A stretch of DNA of 37,894 nt, taken from Longimicrobiales bacterium. Its GTDB lineage: Bacteria > Gemmatimonadota > Gemmatimonadetes > Longimicrobiales > Gaopeijiaceae. The translations under genes and the position numbers were made by a program. Positions 1-10,788 of the stretch are shown here, in pieces; the stretch's first letter is position 1; the number at the start of each line of letters is the position of its first letter. A model generated the notes under the pieces. It was given only the letters and a program-made list of their open reading frames with translations. It searched no databases and was not told the DNA's origin. The stretch is from the NCBI GenBank assembly GCA_965197725.1, contig CBDANQ010000008.1, forward strand, positions 1 through 37,894, read 5' to 3'.

Positions 1-214
1 GGCTCTTCAGGAGGCGATGGAGGCGCGGTTGGCGGAGGGCCGATCCGACTCCGGGACGGTGCTGGAACCCTTGGGCAACCGCCCGGATTCACGGTGTTGA
101 CACAGCCGGAATCGGCCTTCTCCGTGTACGGGTATGGAGATTCCGACGACCCAGGATTCCCGGTGCCGGGGGCTGTCTCGCGCCCTTAAGGTGCGTAAGC
201 CAGCACACGCAACG

Positions 215-357
<143 letters not shown>

Positions 358-367
358 TCAGTCGGGA

Positions 368-1465
368 TCATGCCTTCGCACACGGAAGGTACCTCGGCAT
401 CGACGAAAGGCGTCTCAGGCTGTGGTACAGCCGTGTGTTGAAGAATGGCACGTAGTTCCTCTTCTTCACCTTTCGCTTTCGCCGCAACCACTGTCGCAGC
501 CGCCGGGTCGAGTGTGCATCTACGGCCGCGTAGGCCGGGCTAACTTGCCCGATTGTGAAGTAGTTTGCCCATCCGGACATCATCCGATTGAGGCGCCCTA
601 CGACCTCCACTGCTCGCCAACCCTGGTACCGCCGGGCCGTTTGCTCACTAATCCTACGGCAGATGCTCTGAACGCTCGCCCTGCTCGGTCGCGTGCCGAT
701 GTACCGGCTTCCGTTCGTCGGGCGATAGTTCCAGCCGATGCGATATCCAAGGAACTCAAGAGGCTCCTCAGGGCATCGGGAGGCACCGGGTCTTCTGGGC
801 ATTGACCGGTAGCTTCAGTTTTCCCATGAGCCGGTTGACCACCGTCAGCATCTCTGCCGCCGGGGCCTTCCCAAGCACACAGAAATCGTCCGCATAGTTC
901 ACGATCTCCGCACCGAAGCGCCGGGCATAGCCCAGCACCTTCCAGCCAAAGATGAACCGCCGCATGTAGATGTTGCTCAGCAACGGCGAGATCGGAGCTC
1001 CTTGCGGGGTCCCCTTTCTCTCCTTCCGCGCCCGGCTCGTGCGGCGGCTGCCGCCCTTGCCGTCCTCCTCTATCACCGGCATTTCCAGCCACGCCTTGAT
1101 GAGTCCAAGCATCCGCCCGTCGCTCACGCGTCGTGCAATGCTCTTCATCAACTCGGCATGCGGTATCTCACCGAAGTAGTTGGAGAGGTTCTGCATCGAC
1201 CACTTCGTTGCGGCCACTGTTCAGCAAGCGGTGTATCCGCCCGACCGCGTCCTTGGCGCTTCGTCCCGGCCGGTATCCGTATTGCTCCGGCTGCAGGTCC
1301 GCCTCGAATATCGGCCCAAGCACCAGCATAGCCGACGTCTGCGCAACCCGATCCCTCAGGCACGGTATGCCCAAGGGACGGAACTTCCCTGGCTGCTTCT
1401 TCGGGATCAGCACCTGTCGTACCGGACTCGGCTCGTAGGTGCCGTCCAACAGCAGCGAAGACTGG
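368..1465 (-). pseudogene. ltrA: Group II intron reverse transcriptase/maturase, N-truncated, two frameshifts, no endonuclease domain
   Basis: Motifs IPKKQPGKFRPLGIP..RDRVAQ, GYRPGRSA, GTPQGAPISPLLSNIY, YADD, FLGY and GWANYF are spread over three frames; single-base insertions near 1189 and 779. Confidence 0.9.
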
Positions 1466-1542
1466 CCATTTAATCCCACTTTAAGCCGCAGACACCGTCC
1501 ACCGCCGGCGGGGACAGGTCAGACCTTTAGCGGAGATCGGCT

Positions 1543-2826
1543 TCATTCCCCCGCGCCGAGTATCATCTCTTCCCATCCTGGTTTTTCCGATTCTTGCAGC
1601 CGTTTCAGGATTCCGTTCCGGCAAATATCCTGTGCGGACGAGATCAGCTTCGCGTCCTTCGCTGCGTATTTTATTTTTCCTCCATGTACAACGCGCGACG
1701 AGTCGCTGTATACCTTGCGAAGCGTTTCCCGTAACTCATGCCGTTGCTCGAAGCTCTCTCCCAGATGCCACGCCCCGTAAGTTGAGATGCGAAATCCTTT
1801 TTCGTTCAAACCCCCAATCTCGTACAGCGCCTCAAGAGCGATCCGCAACTCAATGAGCTTGTCCGCGGCGGTCCCGGACCGCTTCGACTTGATCCAGCGG
1901 CGCAGCGCCAATTCCAAATTCTCCTTGGGCCCTCCGCCCCCACGACGTGCATGATGGATCTTGAGGGCGTCGTTCAGATCGGCCTGCGACATTTTGGCTC
2001 GACTACTGTCAGAACGATACTTGTGACTGGCACCTGATAACATGTTGGAGAACGCCTGCAAGTCTCCAAAGTCTCTCCATTCTAGGAACCAATCGACGTA
2101 TCTGTTACAGGCCAGCGACATCGACTCACAGAAACTACCCATCGACAGGTCCGGGACTCGGCCCGATGCCAATCGAAACGTCCCACTGCGGTCTGAAATC
2201 TTGCCAACTTCATTCTCGTCGGGCAAGTATAGAGCCGGAGACATCTCGCAGTCGATCGACATCACAACTCTGCCCATGAAGTCGGTCACTGTTGGCCCCA
2301 TTGGAAAGGACGGCAGAGATGCCGGAAGATCCGCGGACGATCCCGACAGTTTCACGAGGGAAATCCCCTCAGCCAGATGCAAGGACCCGTCTATATCCAC
2401 CCCTTCGAGCAATGCGCTGATTCGGTAGCGTAGCGGCTCGCCACCTGCCCATCCCAGAAGGAGTTCCGCTACTTGCCCGGCACCGAGCGTGACGGCTCCT
2501 ACAATCAGTGTCCTTGCGAATTCAGCGACCGTCGGGTGCGCCCATTTTCCCAGGCCGCCTTGCAGTAGAAACAATCCGTTGCCAAACCGGCCGGTCCCGG
2601 CGTGCAGGAATTCTGCAAGAACCGGCTCAAGCCTAGTAGCAAGATCGGCAATATGCCGCTCGTCGATCTCAAGCTTCGACGACCCCAATAGCATCCAGGT
2701 GGTATCGTTCCACCCCCTCCGACGGTAGCGGCGCCGATATTCATCCCATCGGATTCGTCCAATTCGATCCGAAACGAACGTGGCCTGCCTGATGCATCTC
2801 TCTAGGATGTCGATCAATTCCTGCAT
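1543..2826 (-). CDS. ApeA-like HEPN domain protein
   Basis: C-terminal LELALRRW...LIELRIALEALY...KGFRIS...LRKVYSDSSRVVHGG fits the HEPN helical pattern ending in xxxxxHG; 427 aa, intact. Confidence 0.7.
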   Translation of the reverse strand: MQELIDILERCIRQATFVSDRIGRIRWDEYRRRYRRRGWNDTTWMLLGSSKLEIDERHIADLATRLEPVLAEFLHAGTGRFGNGLFLLQGGLGKWAHPTVAEFARTLIVGAVTLGAGQVAELLLGWAGGEPLRYRISALLEGVDIDGSLHLAEGISLVKLSGSSADLPASLPSFPMGPTVTDFMGRVVMSIDCEMSPALYLPDENEVGKISDRSGTFRLASGRVPDLSMGSFCESMSLACNRYVDWFLEWRDFGDLQAFSNMLSGASHKYRSDSSRAKMSQADLNDALKIHHARRGGGGPKENLELALRRWIKSKRSGTAADKLIELRIALEALYEIGGLNEKGFRISTYGAWHLGESFEQRHELRETLRKVYSDSSRVVHGGKIKYAAKDAKLISSAQDICRNGILKRLQESEKPGWEEMILGAGE

Positions 2827-3107
2827 GAATGCTCCCGCTTCATTGGTCGCCCGGCGAATGTCCGCATTCCACCCGGCCTGAATGCAAAAGCAGAGTGGTC
2901 TGCCCTATGTTCGTCGTAGATTATCAGATCGGGGGGCGCTCCCAGGGCAACTCCCCGGACAAGGGCGGTTGGCACGGTCGTCTTTAAAGCTTCATACTAA
3001 CGTCGAGGCGCCGTAGCCATCGGGAAGTCGCTTGGCGCGGGCCAGCCAAGAGGAGCTTCGATGTCACTGTGCACCCTCGGTATGCCGCGGGAACATGCGC
3101 TGACCAC

Positions 3108-3308
3108 GTCCGGTGCCCAGGCAATCACGCCCGACGTGTACTTGTGCTCGAACGCCAGCGCGTCGGCCACCACGGCCACCTGATGGGGATCCCCCCGGAG
3201 GACCTCCACGCCCTCGCGCGGCTGCCCGGTCGCATCCCGCGCCCCGAGGAGGTAGTCGGCCGCCGCCCGGGCCGAGCCCGTTCCGCGGGCCAGGAACTTA
3301 ATGTGCAT
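3108..3308 (-). pseudogene. MbeA/MobA-type (MOB-P/HEN) relaxase, N-terminal fragment
   Basis: MHIKFLARGTGSARAAADYLLG..D..G..R..VEVLRGDP...KYTSGVIAWAP includes the catalytic Tyr; homology ends after about 67 aa. Confidence 0.8.
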
Positions 3309-3366
3309 CGGGGTCGGGGCTCCCGACGGGGGCCAACGCCGCGAGTGCCCGCTCGATGGCGACTAG
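3298..3366 (-). pseudogene. Probable mobC C-terminal remnant overlapping the relaxase start
   Basis: LVAIERALAALAPVGSPDPDAH* overlaps the relaxase ATG, the usual mobC-relaxase arrangement. Confidence 0.45.
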
Positions 3367-3602
3367 GTGGGCGAAAGGTAGGCTGTCTCGACGCCCATTC
3401 CCCGGGCGAGGGTCGCTAGAAGACTGGAGTCCTCGTCATCCGGGTGCGCTCCGATCATCAGGACCCGCTTCACCCCGTCGACCTGACGAAGCGCGAGTGC
3501 TACCTCCACGACGTTACTTCCCTGGGGTCCGACCTGGGCCGAGAGGGGCTCAGCCACAAACAAACCGACCACACAAACGAACGCCTTACCTGTCATCCTC
3601 AT
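3363..3602 (-). pseudogene. PIG-L family deacetylase, N-terminal fragment
   Basis: Signal peptide plus RVLMIGAHPDDEDSSLLA.LARG.G.ETAYLS; it breaks where LTRGDGGQN is expected, at a CTAG (3363-3366). Confidence 0.85.
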
Positions 3603-3782
3603 AGGCCGAACGTACCTCCAATATCGAAGTCGGGAAAACTCCGGCACGCCCGCAAGCGTGCACGAAGTCTACTCATTCGCTTGTCCTAAGTTCAAAGCCG
3701 CGGATATGTTGGGGCCGAAATCGGGATCATACCAGGCCCACAACCTTCCCCGTGTCCGCCTTCTGATGAGGGAGCGTCATTG

Positions 3783-5171
3783 ATGAACCAGCACCGCGAA
3801 AACTGGAGCTCAAACATGGGCTTCATCCTGGCGGCGACCGGGAGCGCCATCGGGTTGGGTAACCTGTGGAAATTCCCGTTCATCACCTGGGAGAATAATG
3901 GCGGCGCTTTCGTATTGCTCTATCTCATGTGCATCGCGGCGGTGGGCCTGCCCATCATGATGGCCGAGCTCCTGATCGGCCGGACGACGCAGAAGAGCCC
4001 GGTGGGTGCCCTGAAGGAGGCGATCGGACCCTGGTGGGGGTGGGTCGGCGCCTGGGGTGTCATGGCAGGCTTCATCATCCTCAGCTACTACTCGGTCGTG
4101 GCCGGCTGGTCGCTCTTCTACTTCGTCAAGACCATCGGGTGGAGTCTGGGCGGCTTCCCGCTGGGACTGCAGACCGGAGATCTCTTCGTGGCGGTGATCG
4201 GAAACGGGGGCCTCCAGTTCCTCCTCTCGGGGCTCTTCATGGCCGCCACGGTGGGGGTCGTGTACTTCGGGGTACACAGCGGAATCGAGCGGGTGGCCCG
4301 TATTTCCCTTCCGATCCTGTTCCTCATCCTGGTCCTACTCCTCGTCAGCGCGCTCACGATGGAGGGCTCCGGTGAGGCGCTCACCTTCATCTTCCGCCCC
4401 AACTTCAGCGAGCTGGAGCCCCGGAGCATCCTGGAGGCACTCGGCCACTCGTTCTTTACCCTGTCCCTCGGGATGGGGGCGATGATCACTTACGGCTCGT
4501 ACGTGGCCAGGAACCGATCCCTCGTGAGCGCTGCAGGCACGATCGTTCTTCTCGATACGCTGATCGCGCTCTTTGCCACGATCATCATGTTTTCCGTGAT
4601 CTTCTCGGTTCCGGGGATGGACGAGCAGGTGACCGGATCGGCGGCCGGGATGTTATTCATCTCGCTGCCGGAGCTCTTCTACAACGTCGTTCCGTTCGGG
4701 GCGGTTCTGGGACCTCTGTTTTATATCCTGGTGGCGGTCGCTGCGCTCACATCCACCATCTCGTTGCTCGAGGTCGTCGTGAGTTACTTCATCGACGAGA
4801 GGAACATGCCTCGGCCCAAAGCAACGCTGGTGAGTGGCGGTTCGATTTTCGTCTTCACCGTGCTCTCGGCGCTCTCCTTCGGCGCGCTTCCGGGCCTGTC
4901 GAACTTCGAGATCTTCGAGGGGAAAGTGGGTGTCTTCGGCACGCTCGACCACTTCGCTTCGAACTGGGCCCTGCCGCTCGGCGGTCTGTTGATCACGTTG
5001 GGCGCAGGGTGGTTCATGACCCGGGAGGCGACCGAAAGCGAACTGGTGGACGACACCACGCCCGGATGGTTCCGCTACGGCACCTGGCGATTCTTCATGC
5101 GCTTTGTGGCGCCGGTCGCGGTCGCGGCGATCCTGATCGCGGTGATCTTCTTCGGGGTGGACTTCTCGTAA
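3783..5171 (+). CDS. Sodium-dependent transporter, neurotransmitter:sodium symporter (NSS/SNF) family
   Basis: RENWSS..GFILAATGSAIGLGNLWKFP...GGAF, FFTLSLGMG.MITYGSY; many TM helices. Confidence 0.95.
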   Translation: MNQHRENWSSNMGFILAATGSAIGLGNLWKFPFITWENNGGAFVLLYLMCIAAVGLPIMMAELLIGRTTQKSPVGALKEAIGPWWGWVGAWGVMAGFIILSYYSVVAGWSLFYFVKTIGWSLGGFPLGLQTGDLFVAVIGNGGLQFLLSGLFMAATVGVVYFGVHSGIERVARISLPILFLILVLLLVSALTMEGSGEALTFIFRPNFSELEPRSILEALGHSFFTLSLGMGAMITYGSYVARNRSLVSAAGTIVLLDTLIALFATIIMFSVIFSVPGMDEQVTGSAAGMLFISLPELFYNVVPFGAVLGPLFYILVAVAALTSTISLLEVVVSYFIDERNMPRPKATLVSGGSIFVFTVLSALSFGALPGLSNFEIFEGKVGVFGTLDHFASNWALPLGGLLITLGAGWFMTREATESELVDDTTPGWFRYGTWRFFMRFVAPVAVAAILIAVIFFGVDFS

Positions 5172-5177
5172 GGGGGG

Positions 5178-5207
5178 AGGGCCCCACCGGTCGTCCGGTA
5201 GGGCCCT
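5178..5207. terminator. GC-rich hairpin between convergent genes
   Basis: AGGGCCC-C-ACCGG-TCGT-CCGGT-A-GGGCCCT just after the NSS stop; weak U-tract. Confidence 0.55.
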
Positions 5208-5246
5208 GTTCGTTATCGCAGTGTCGGTATCGACTCCAGCAGCTTC

Positions 5247-5732
5247 TTAGAAGCTGTATACGACTCGTAGGTACGTCATTCCACCGTGATAGCTGATCGG
5301 CGACCGGCGTGGGTAAGGCATGCCCTGTGACAAGCGCGTCGCGATCTCGTCCGGGAAATTGTTGAAGAGGTTGTTGGCTCTGCCGACCACGCTGAAATTC
5401 TCGTCGATCTGGTAGCTGAGCTCTGCGTCGATCAGCACTTCGGCGCCAACCACCTCTTGCTCGCCGCGTTCGTCAATGGTTCCGCTGTAGTAGTTGCCCC
5501 GGAGCGTCGCAGAGAATTGCTCGCCGAACCCTTCGGTCACCGAAAGCGTGGCCCGGTGCTTGGCCAGATTGTTCTCGATGTTGAAAATCAGGTCATCAGA
5601 CACGGGGTCCACGCCACCCACCTGCCGTTGTGTGAGAACTGTTGTTTCGTTGTAGTTGTATGCCAGACTGATGTCCGTGCTGTTGCCGTCGCCCCAAAGC
5701 GCGTTGTAGACCCCGACGACATCCAAACCGTC
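5247..5732 (-). pseudogene. TonB-dependent receptor, C-terminal fragment
   Basis: Amphipathic strands, DAELSYQ...ANNLFNNFP...GGMTYLRVVYSF with terminal Phe; the 5' part is replaced by IS256 sequence. Confidence 0.85.
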
Positions 5733-5771
5733 GGGCGGCATTCTTCCGCTGTTGGGTTGAGACGGGCTTTC

Positions 5772-6615
5772 AGCGAACGGGCTCTCGACCACGTTCGTCG
5801 TGCGTAGATGCTTCCAGTGATCCTCGGGGAAGTCGTAGAACGCCACCATCCGCTCCCAGTCGTCCTCGAGTACGTCCACCGCCTTCGGATACCACGGCCT
5901 GTAGCGCCTGGCGAACACTTCGCGGGCCTTCAGCGCCTCGGCCCGGCTCGGTGCGTATACCACGGCCCTGAGAAGATCCTTCGCCTCGCTCTGCTCGCGC
6001 TGCGGCAGCCGGTCCAGCACGTTCCTCATCTTGTGGTTCCAGCACCGTTGCTCGCCCGCCTCAGGCCATACCTGCCGTACTGCGCCCCAGATCGCCGTGT
6101 TGCCGTCCGCCATCAGAAGCCGCGGCGCCTCGATGCCGCGTGCCTTCAGATCCCGCAACACCTCCGACCAGGACTCGACCGACTCTCGGCAGCCCGATCT
6201 CAGGGCCAACACCTCCTTCGTCCCATCTCGCATCGCACCGAGAACCACCAGCAGCGCCGCCTTGTCCCGCTCGAGCCCTGCCTTCACGTAGATCCCGTCC
6301 GCCCATACGTAGACGACCTCACGGCCCTCCAGGCGACGCTGGCTCCATTCCTCGAACTCCCTTGTCCATCCCGCCCCAAGTCTCCGAATCGAAGACTTCG
6401 ACAGCGGTGCCCCCTCGCCTAGCAGTCCCCGCATCGCCAGCTCGAAGTCTCTCTCTGCCAGTCCGTGCAGATACAGCTCCGGAAGCAGAGCGCCCAGCTC
6501 CTTCGTCCGCCTCGCGAACAACAGCAGCACCCGACTCTCGAACCGCTCCTCGACGCCCCGAACCCGAGGGCGTCGGAGTGTGATCGTGCCCGAACTCATC
6601 GCCAACCGCCTCGGC
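5772..6615 (-). mobile_element. IS256-family transposase, internal fragment
   Basis: RRPRVR, LYLHGL, YVWADGIY, DGTKEVL...ES.ESW, ADG, QRCWNHK.RN, LRTTNVVES; both ends missing. Confidence 0.9.
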
Positions 6616-7229
6616 AGAGTAGCAGTGGCGTGAATCACGGCAAGGAATCGTCTAAGTTCAATTGGGACTGCACGATCTGCTGCACTTGCCGTCCTACCAT
6701 ACCTGATGCTGCCGTGCTTAAAGGGCGGGGAAACGGCATCAAGTGGCGGGTATGACTGGCAGGCATCTCGAACCCGGATCAAGGACCAGTTGTTTGGGGT
6801 CAGCACCGGTCCATTCGGATGTGTTGCAACTTTCAAAAATCAGCAAGAGAGCGACTGGTTGGGTCGACCAGGCTCCGTCTTATGCAGCCACTTCGAACAG
6901 CTTGTTGATGAACTGAATCTGTTGCCGAACATCCGAACCGCTCACCCACCTCGCCTGACCCTTCCGGATCATGTGAATTGCCTCATATCCTTGGATCGTT
7001 CGCCGTGCCGCGTGAAATTCACGAAGGCCCTGCTTGGCCTTCACGCGTCGTTTGATCGCTCTATGATCCTGCTCCAGGATGTTGTTCAAGTATTGGATCG
7101 GCCGGTGACGGCAACGGTGTCGCAGGATTCCTTACTGCTTCACTCCTGAAATCGCCGCGCCATAGAGGCGTGCTTTGGTCCGTATTGATAACCCGGGGCT
7201 GCCGATGCGACGGATTCGTCAGCGCCTTG

Positions 7230-8686
7230 GAAGCTGACCCAGCCGTAGTTGAAGGTCCCTGAAGAGGGAAAAGAAAAGTGGTGGCTCCGAGGGTGCCCGA
7301 TCCGATAGGATCGGGTGCGCTAAAAACCCAAAAACGGAGCCACCACGATGAAGAGAACGTACGAAGTAGCGAGTGACACGGACAGGCGTGCGATGGCTGA
7401 GTTCGTGAAGCGAGAAGGCCAGTTCCTGCTGCCGATGGTCGAGCTCGTAGAGCACACGGAGCTCGCGATCGACGAAGTCGTCCAGGTGATGGGCCGAGCG
7501 ACGATCGAGGCGGTACTCGAGATGAGCGCCGAAGGTGTGGCGGGCCCGAAGCAATCGGGCAAGGCACGCGAGGAGGGGGCGACGGTCTGGTACGGCCGCC
7601 AGGGCGGTCAGGTCTACCTGTCGGACCGAAAGGTCCGTATCCAGCGGCCTCGGCTGCGTGAGCGGACTGGCGGCCAGGGCGGCGAGGTCGAGGTGCCAGC
7701 GTACGAGGCGATGCGCAGGCCGGGCGCCATGGCGGACCGAATGTTGGAGATCCTGATGGCAGGTGTGAGCACCCGGAAATACGGCCAGGTGATCGGCGAG
7801 ATGGCCGACACGGTGGGGGTGAGCAAGTCGTCGGTGAGCCGCGAGACGATCGAAGCGTCGGAGCGCGTGCTGAAGGAGCTGATGGAGCGGCGGCTGGACG
7901 CATGGGATCTGTTGGTGATCTACCTGGACGGTATCCAACTCGGTGCGCACCACGTACTTGCGGCTGTGGGCGTGGACACGGACGGCAAGAAGCACGTGCT
8001 GGGGATGCGGCAGGGAGCGAGTGAGAACACCGAAGTGACGACGGCCCTGCTGCAGGATCTGGTCGAGCGGGGTCTGGACCCCGAGCGTCGACGCCTGTTC
8101 GTGATCGATGGCTCGAAGGCGTTACGGAAGGCGATTGTTCAGGTGTTCGGCGCGGGCCACTCGGTCCAGAGATGCCGAAACCACAAGCTCAGAAATGTGC
8201 TCGCTCACCTACCGAAGGATCAGCACCCGCAGGTGAAGGCCGCGATCCGCGCGGCCTGGAAGCTCGACGCGAGGGACGGCGTGCAGAAACTCGAGCAGCT
8301 CGCGCGGTGGCTTGAACGAGATCAGCCGTCGGCCGCAGCGAGCCTCAGGGAGGGGCTGGGTGAGATGTTCACGATCAACCGGCTTGGGCTACCGCCTCGG
8401 CTGAGGAAGTGCCTGGGGACCACGAACGTCATCGACAGCACCCACGCAGGCGTGAGGCAGAAGACCCGCAGGGTCACGAACTGGAAGAACGGAGCGATGG
8501 CACTGAGATGGGCCGCAGCCTCCTTCGTCGAGACCGAGAAGAACTACCGACGCATCGTCGGCTTCGATCAACTCTGGATGCTCAAAGCTCACCTCGATGA
8601 CCGCGAGCCGGTTGCCGAAATGAAGATGGCAGGTTAATCACGAAAGCCTCGGAGCCACCACCTCCAACTACAAACGGGTCATCTTC
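7230..8686 (+). mobile_element. Complete IS256-family element with 8-bp TSD GCGCCTTG
   Basis: IRs GAAGCTGACCCAGCCGTAGTTGAAGGT / GAAGATGACCCGTTTGTAGTTGGAGGT; GCGCCTTG at 7222-7229 and 8687-8694. Confidence 0.95.
7348..8637 (+). CDS. IS256-family transposase (intact)
   Basis: GVSTR, IYLDG, G.K.VLG...G.SEN, FVIDG.KAL, QRC..HK.RN, TTNVIDS. Confidence 0.95.
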   Translation: MKRTYEVASDTDRRAMAEFVKREGQFLLPMVELVEHTELAIDEVVQVMGRATIEAVLEMSAEGVAGPKQSGKAREEGATVWYGRQGGQVYLSDRKVRIQRPRLRERTGGQGGEVEVPAYEAMRRPGAMADRMLEILMAGVSTRKYGQVIGEMADTVGVSKSSVSRETIEASERVLKELMERRLDAWDLLVIYLDGIQLGAHHVLAAVGVDTDGKKHVLGMRQGASENTEVTTALLQDLVERGLDPERRRLFVIDGSKALRKAIVQVFGAGHSVQRCRNHKLRNVLAHLPKDQHPQVKAAIRAAWKLDARDGVQKLEQLARWLERDQPSAAASLREGLGEMFTINRLGLPPRLRKCLGTTNVIDSTHAGVRQKTRRVTNWKNGAMALRWAAASFVETEKNYRRIVGFDQLWMLKAHLDDREPVAEMKMAG

Positions 8687-9347
8687 GCGCCTTGCGGAAC
8701 AGGCGTTTGGCCGTAGCGGCATCGCGCAACCTCGAGAGCACGAAGTCGATCGTGGCGCCGGTGGAATCGATGGCTCGGTAGAGGTAGCACTAACGGCCCT
8801 TGACACGAACGTAGGTGTCATCGACGCGCCAGGACCTGTTGGTTGGCTTGAGATGACGGCGCAGCCGCGCCTCCAGTTCGGGACCGTAGCGCTAGACCCA
8901 GCGCCAGATTGTCGTGTGGTCCGCCTCCAGGCCGCGCTCGCTGAACGGCTCTTCGACATCGCGGAACGAGAGCGAGTACCGAAGGTACCAGCGCACGGCG
9001 CAAAGAATCAGCTCGGGCTCGGTTTGTCGCCACTTGAAGATCGCCGGTCGGATTGTCTTTTTCATGATCTCTTCAGGTTACCAGCCGCTGTCCGCCAAAG
9101 TTGCAACACAACCCTTCGAAGTGCAGTTCCGACTCCGTCGTCTTGCTACCCTCAACTAAATCCATCGCTTTCAAGCTTGTACCACAGATCGAAAGGAGTT
9201 AAGTGTCAGGTGAGGAATCCGTGGGAAAAGCCCGGATTAGAACCGAGCAGTGCAACGATCCGGACGAGCGCCCTTGACATCGGTCAGCCGGTGGGTCATT
9301 CCCCGTAATCAAAATTGCGCGCTATGCGGCCTATCAGGAGAAGCACG

Positions 9348-10286
9348 ATGCAAGTCATCTTGGCACAACCGCGCGGTTTTTGCGCCGGTGTCGAGCGCGC
9401 CATCGAAATCGTCGAAACGGCCCTGCATCAATACGGCCCCCCGGTTTACGTGCGCCACGAAATCGTCCATAACCGGCGCGTCGTGGAGGATCTGAAGGCG
9501 AAGGGCGTGCGTTTCGTCGACCAAGTCGAGCAGATTCCCAGCGGGGCCCTCACGGTATTCAGTGCCCACGGCGTGTCGGCAAAGGTCGAGCAGGACGCAT
9601 CGGTGCGCCGCCTGCGGACGCTGGATGCTACTTGCCCGCTGGTCTCCAAGGTACACATCGAGGGGCGCCGCTACGCCGCCAAGGGCTACACCATCATTCT
9701 GATCGGTCATGAAAACCATCCGGAGGTCGAGGGCACCGTGGGTCAGATCCCGGGGCGGGTACTGCTGGTGGGCGACGTGGCCGATGTGGAAATGCTCCAG
9801 GTCCGCGACCCCGACAGAGTTGCCTATATCACACAGACGACTCTGTCGGTCGACGACACCCGGGACGTGATCTCAGCCCTGCGCAATCGATTCCCCAAGA
9901 TTGTCGGCCCGGGGGTCAAGGACATTTGCTACGCGACCCAGAACCGTCAGGCCGCCGTAAGAACGCTCGCCTCCTTCGTGGATCTGGTGTTCGTGGTCGG
10001 TGCCCAGAACAGCTCCAATTCAAACCGCTTGTGCGAGGTCAGTAACGACAGCGGCGTGCCGAGCTATCTGATCGAGGATCCGTCGGCGCTCGATCCGGTT
10101 TGGCTCCACGGCAAGAAGAGCGCCGGCATTACCGCCGGTGCCTCGACCCCCGAGGAACTGGTGCAGGACCTCATCGCGAAGATGCGGGAATACGTTGACG
10201 TCGAACTCTCGACGATGGATGGCATCGTCGAGAACGTTCGCTTCAGCCTGCTTCCAAAACTGAGCCAAGCCGCCGTTGCCCAATAG
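9348..10286 (+). CDS. ispH: 4-hydroxy-3-methylbut-2-enyl diphosphate reductase
   Basis: [73 protein letters not shown] upstream. Confidence 0.97.
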   Translation: MQVILAQPRGFCAGVERAIEIVETALHQYGPPVYVRHEIVHNRRVVEDLKAKGVRFVDQVEQIPSGALTVFSAHGVSAKVEQDASVRRLRTLDATCPLVSKVHIEGRRYAAKGYTIILIGHENHPEVEGTVGQIPGRVLLVGDVADVEMLQVRDPDRVAYITQTTLSVDDTRDVISALRNRFPKIVGPGVKDICYATQNRQAAVRTLASFVDLVFVVGAQNSSNSNRLCEVSNDSGVPSYLIEDPSALDPVWLHGKKSAGITAGASTPEELVQDLIAKMREYVDVELSTMDGIVENVRFSLLPKLSQAAVAQ

Positions 10287-10619
10287 CGGGAAGGTGTCAC
10301 ACCGATTGCCACGACACCCGCGGCCGAGATCTCGATACACTGGACCGCGACGGCAGGCGGTCAAAGAGTACCGGCCTGGTAGCGCGTAGATGCTTGCGCA
10401 CTTGAGCCGGAGCATGCGGATAGCGGCGCGGTCCTCGCCGAGACAGAAAGCGTTCGGCTTGACTAGGGACCCTCAACCAGTCCACATATATGCCCACTGG
10501 CCACACACACCAAGCCACCAGGGGCGGCGTGTGGGAGTCTTTAACACTGACGGGCATGGTTCTGTTACCATCCGCGGATGGAACTCGCCAAAGCTACCGC
10601 GCTTTCGCACCTGACCCGC

Positions 10620-10700
10620 GACGCTCTCCGCCGAATTTTCTTCGACAAGCTTGACGTGGTCTTCCTCGGATTCATCCTCTTCGCACTCATCCTCGGAGGC
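10620..10700 (+). mobile_element. IS5-family transposase C-terminal remnant
   Basis: RRIFFDKLDVVFLGFILFALI resembles the RRIFSRFEKLDVMFLGFL.FALI tail of IS427-group transposases. Confidence 0.55.
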
Positions 10701-10788
10701 CGCCGTCATGCCAGGGCTTTAGCGCCCCCGATTTCTCTGGACAGTAGATTGGCAGCGACGATGGGGTCCAGAGAGAGGGGGTGTTTTG

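Larger units (their letters stand above)
6880..9065 (-). pseudogene. IS6-family transposase pseudogene
   Basis: FKWRQ.EPELILCAVRWYLRYSLSFRD, SWRVDDTYV, YLYRAID, NNILEQDHRAIKRR; TAG stops at about 8893 and 8791, frameshifts, IS256 insertion. Confidence 0.92.
6817..9113 (-). mobile_element. IS6-family element, degenerate, interrupted by IS256
   Basis: 17-bp IRs GGATGTGTTGCAACTTT (6817-6833) and the reverse complement of 9097-9113, GGTTGTGTTGCAACTTT; no flanking TSD. Confidence 0.92.

Noticed and set aside
2..100. Possible 3' end of a gene entering the window (ALQEAMEARLAEG...)
   Set aside because: Too short to assign.
1466..1542. Possible attC site after the HEPN gene
   Set aside because: No RYYYAAC/GTTRRRY pair or suitable stem.
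9274..9302. TTGACA promoter for ispH
   Set aside because: No convincing -10 box at 16-18 bp spacing.
10290..10615. Short ORFs and an IS6-like GGTTCTGTTAC between ispH and the IS5 remnant
   Set aside because: No recognisable protein motif or partner IR.
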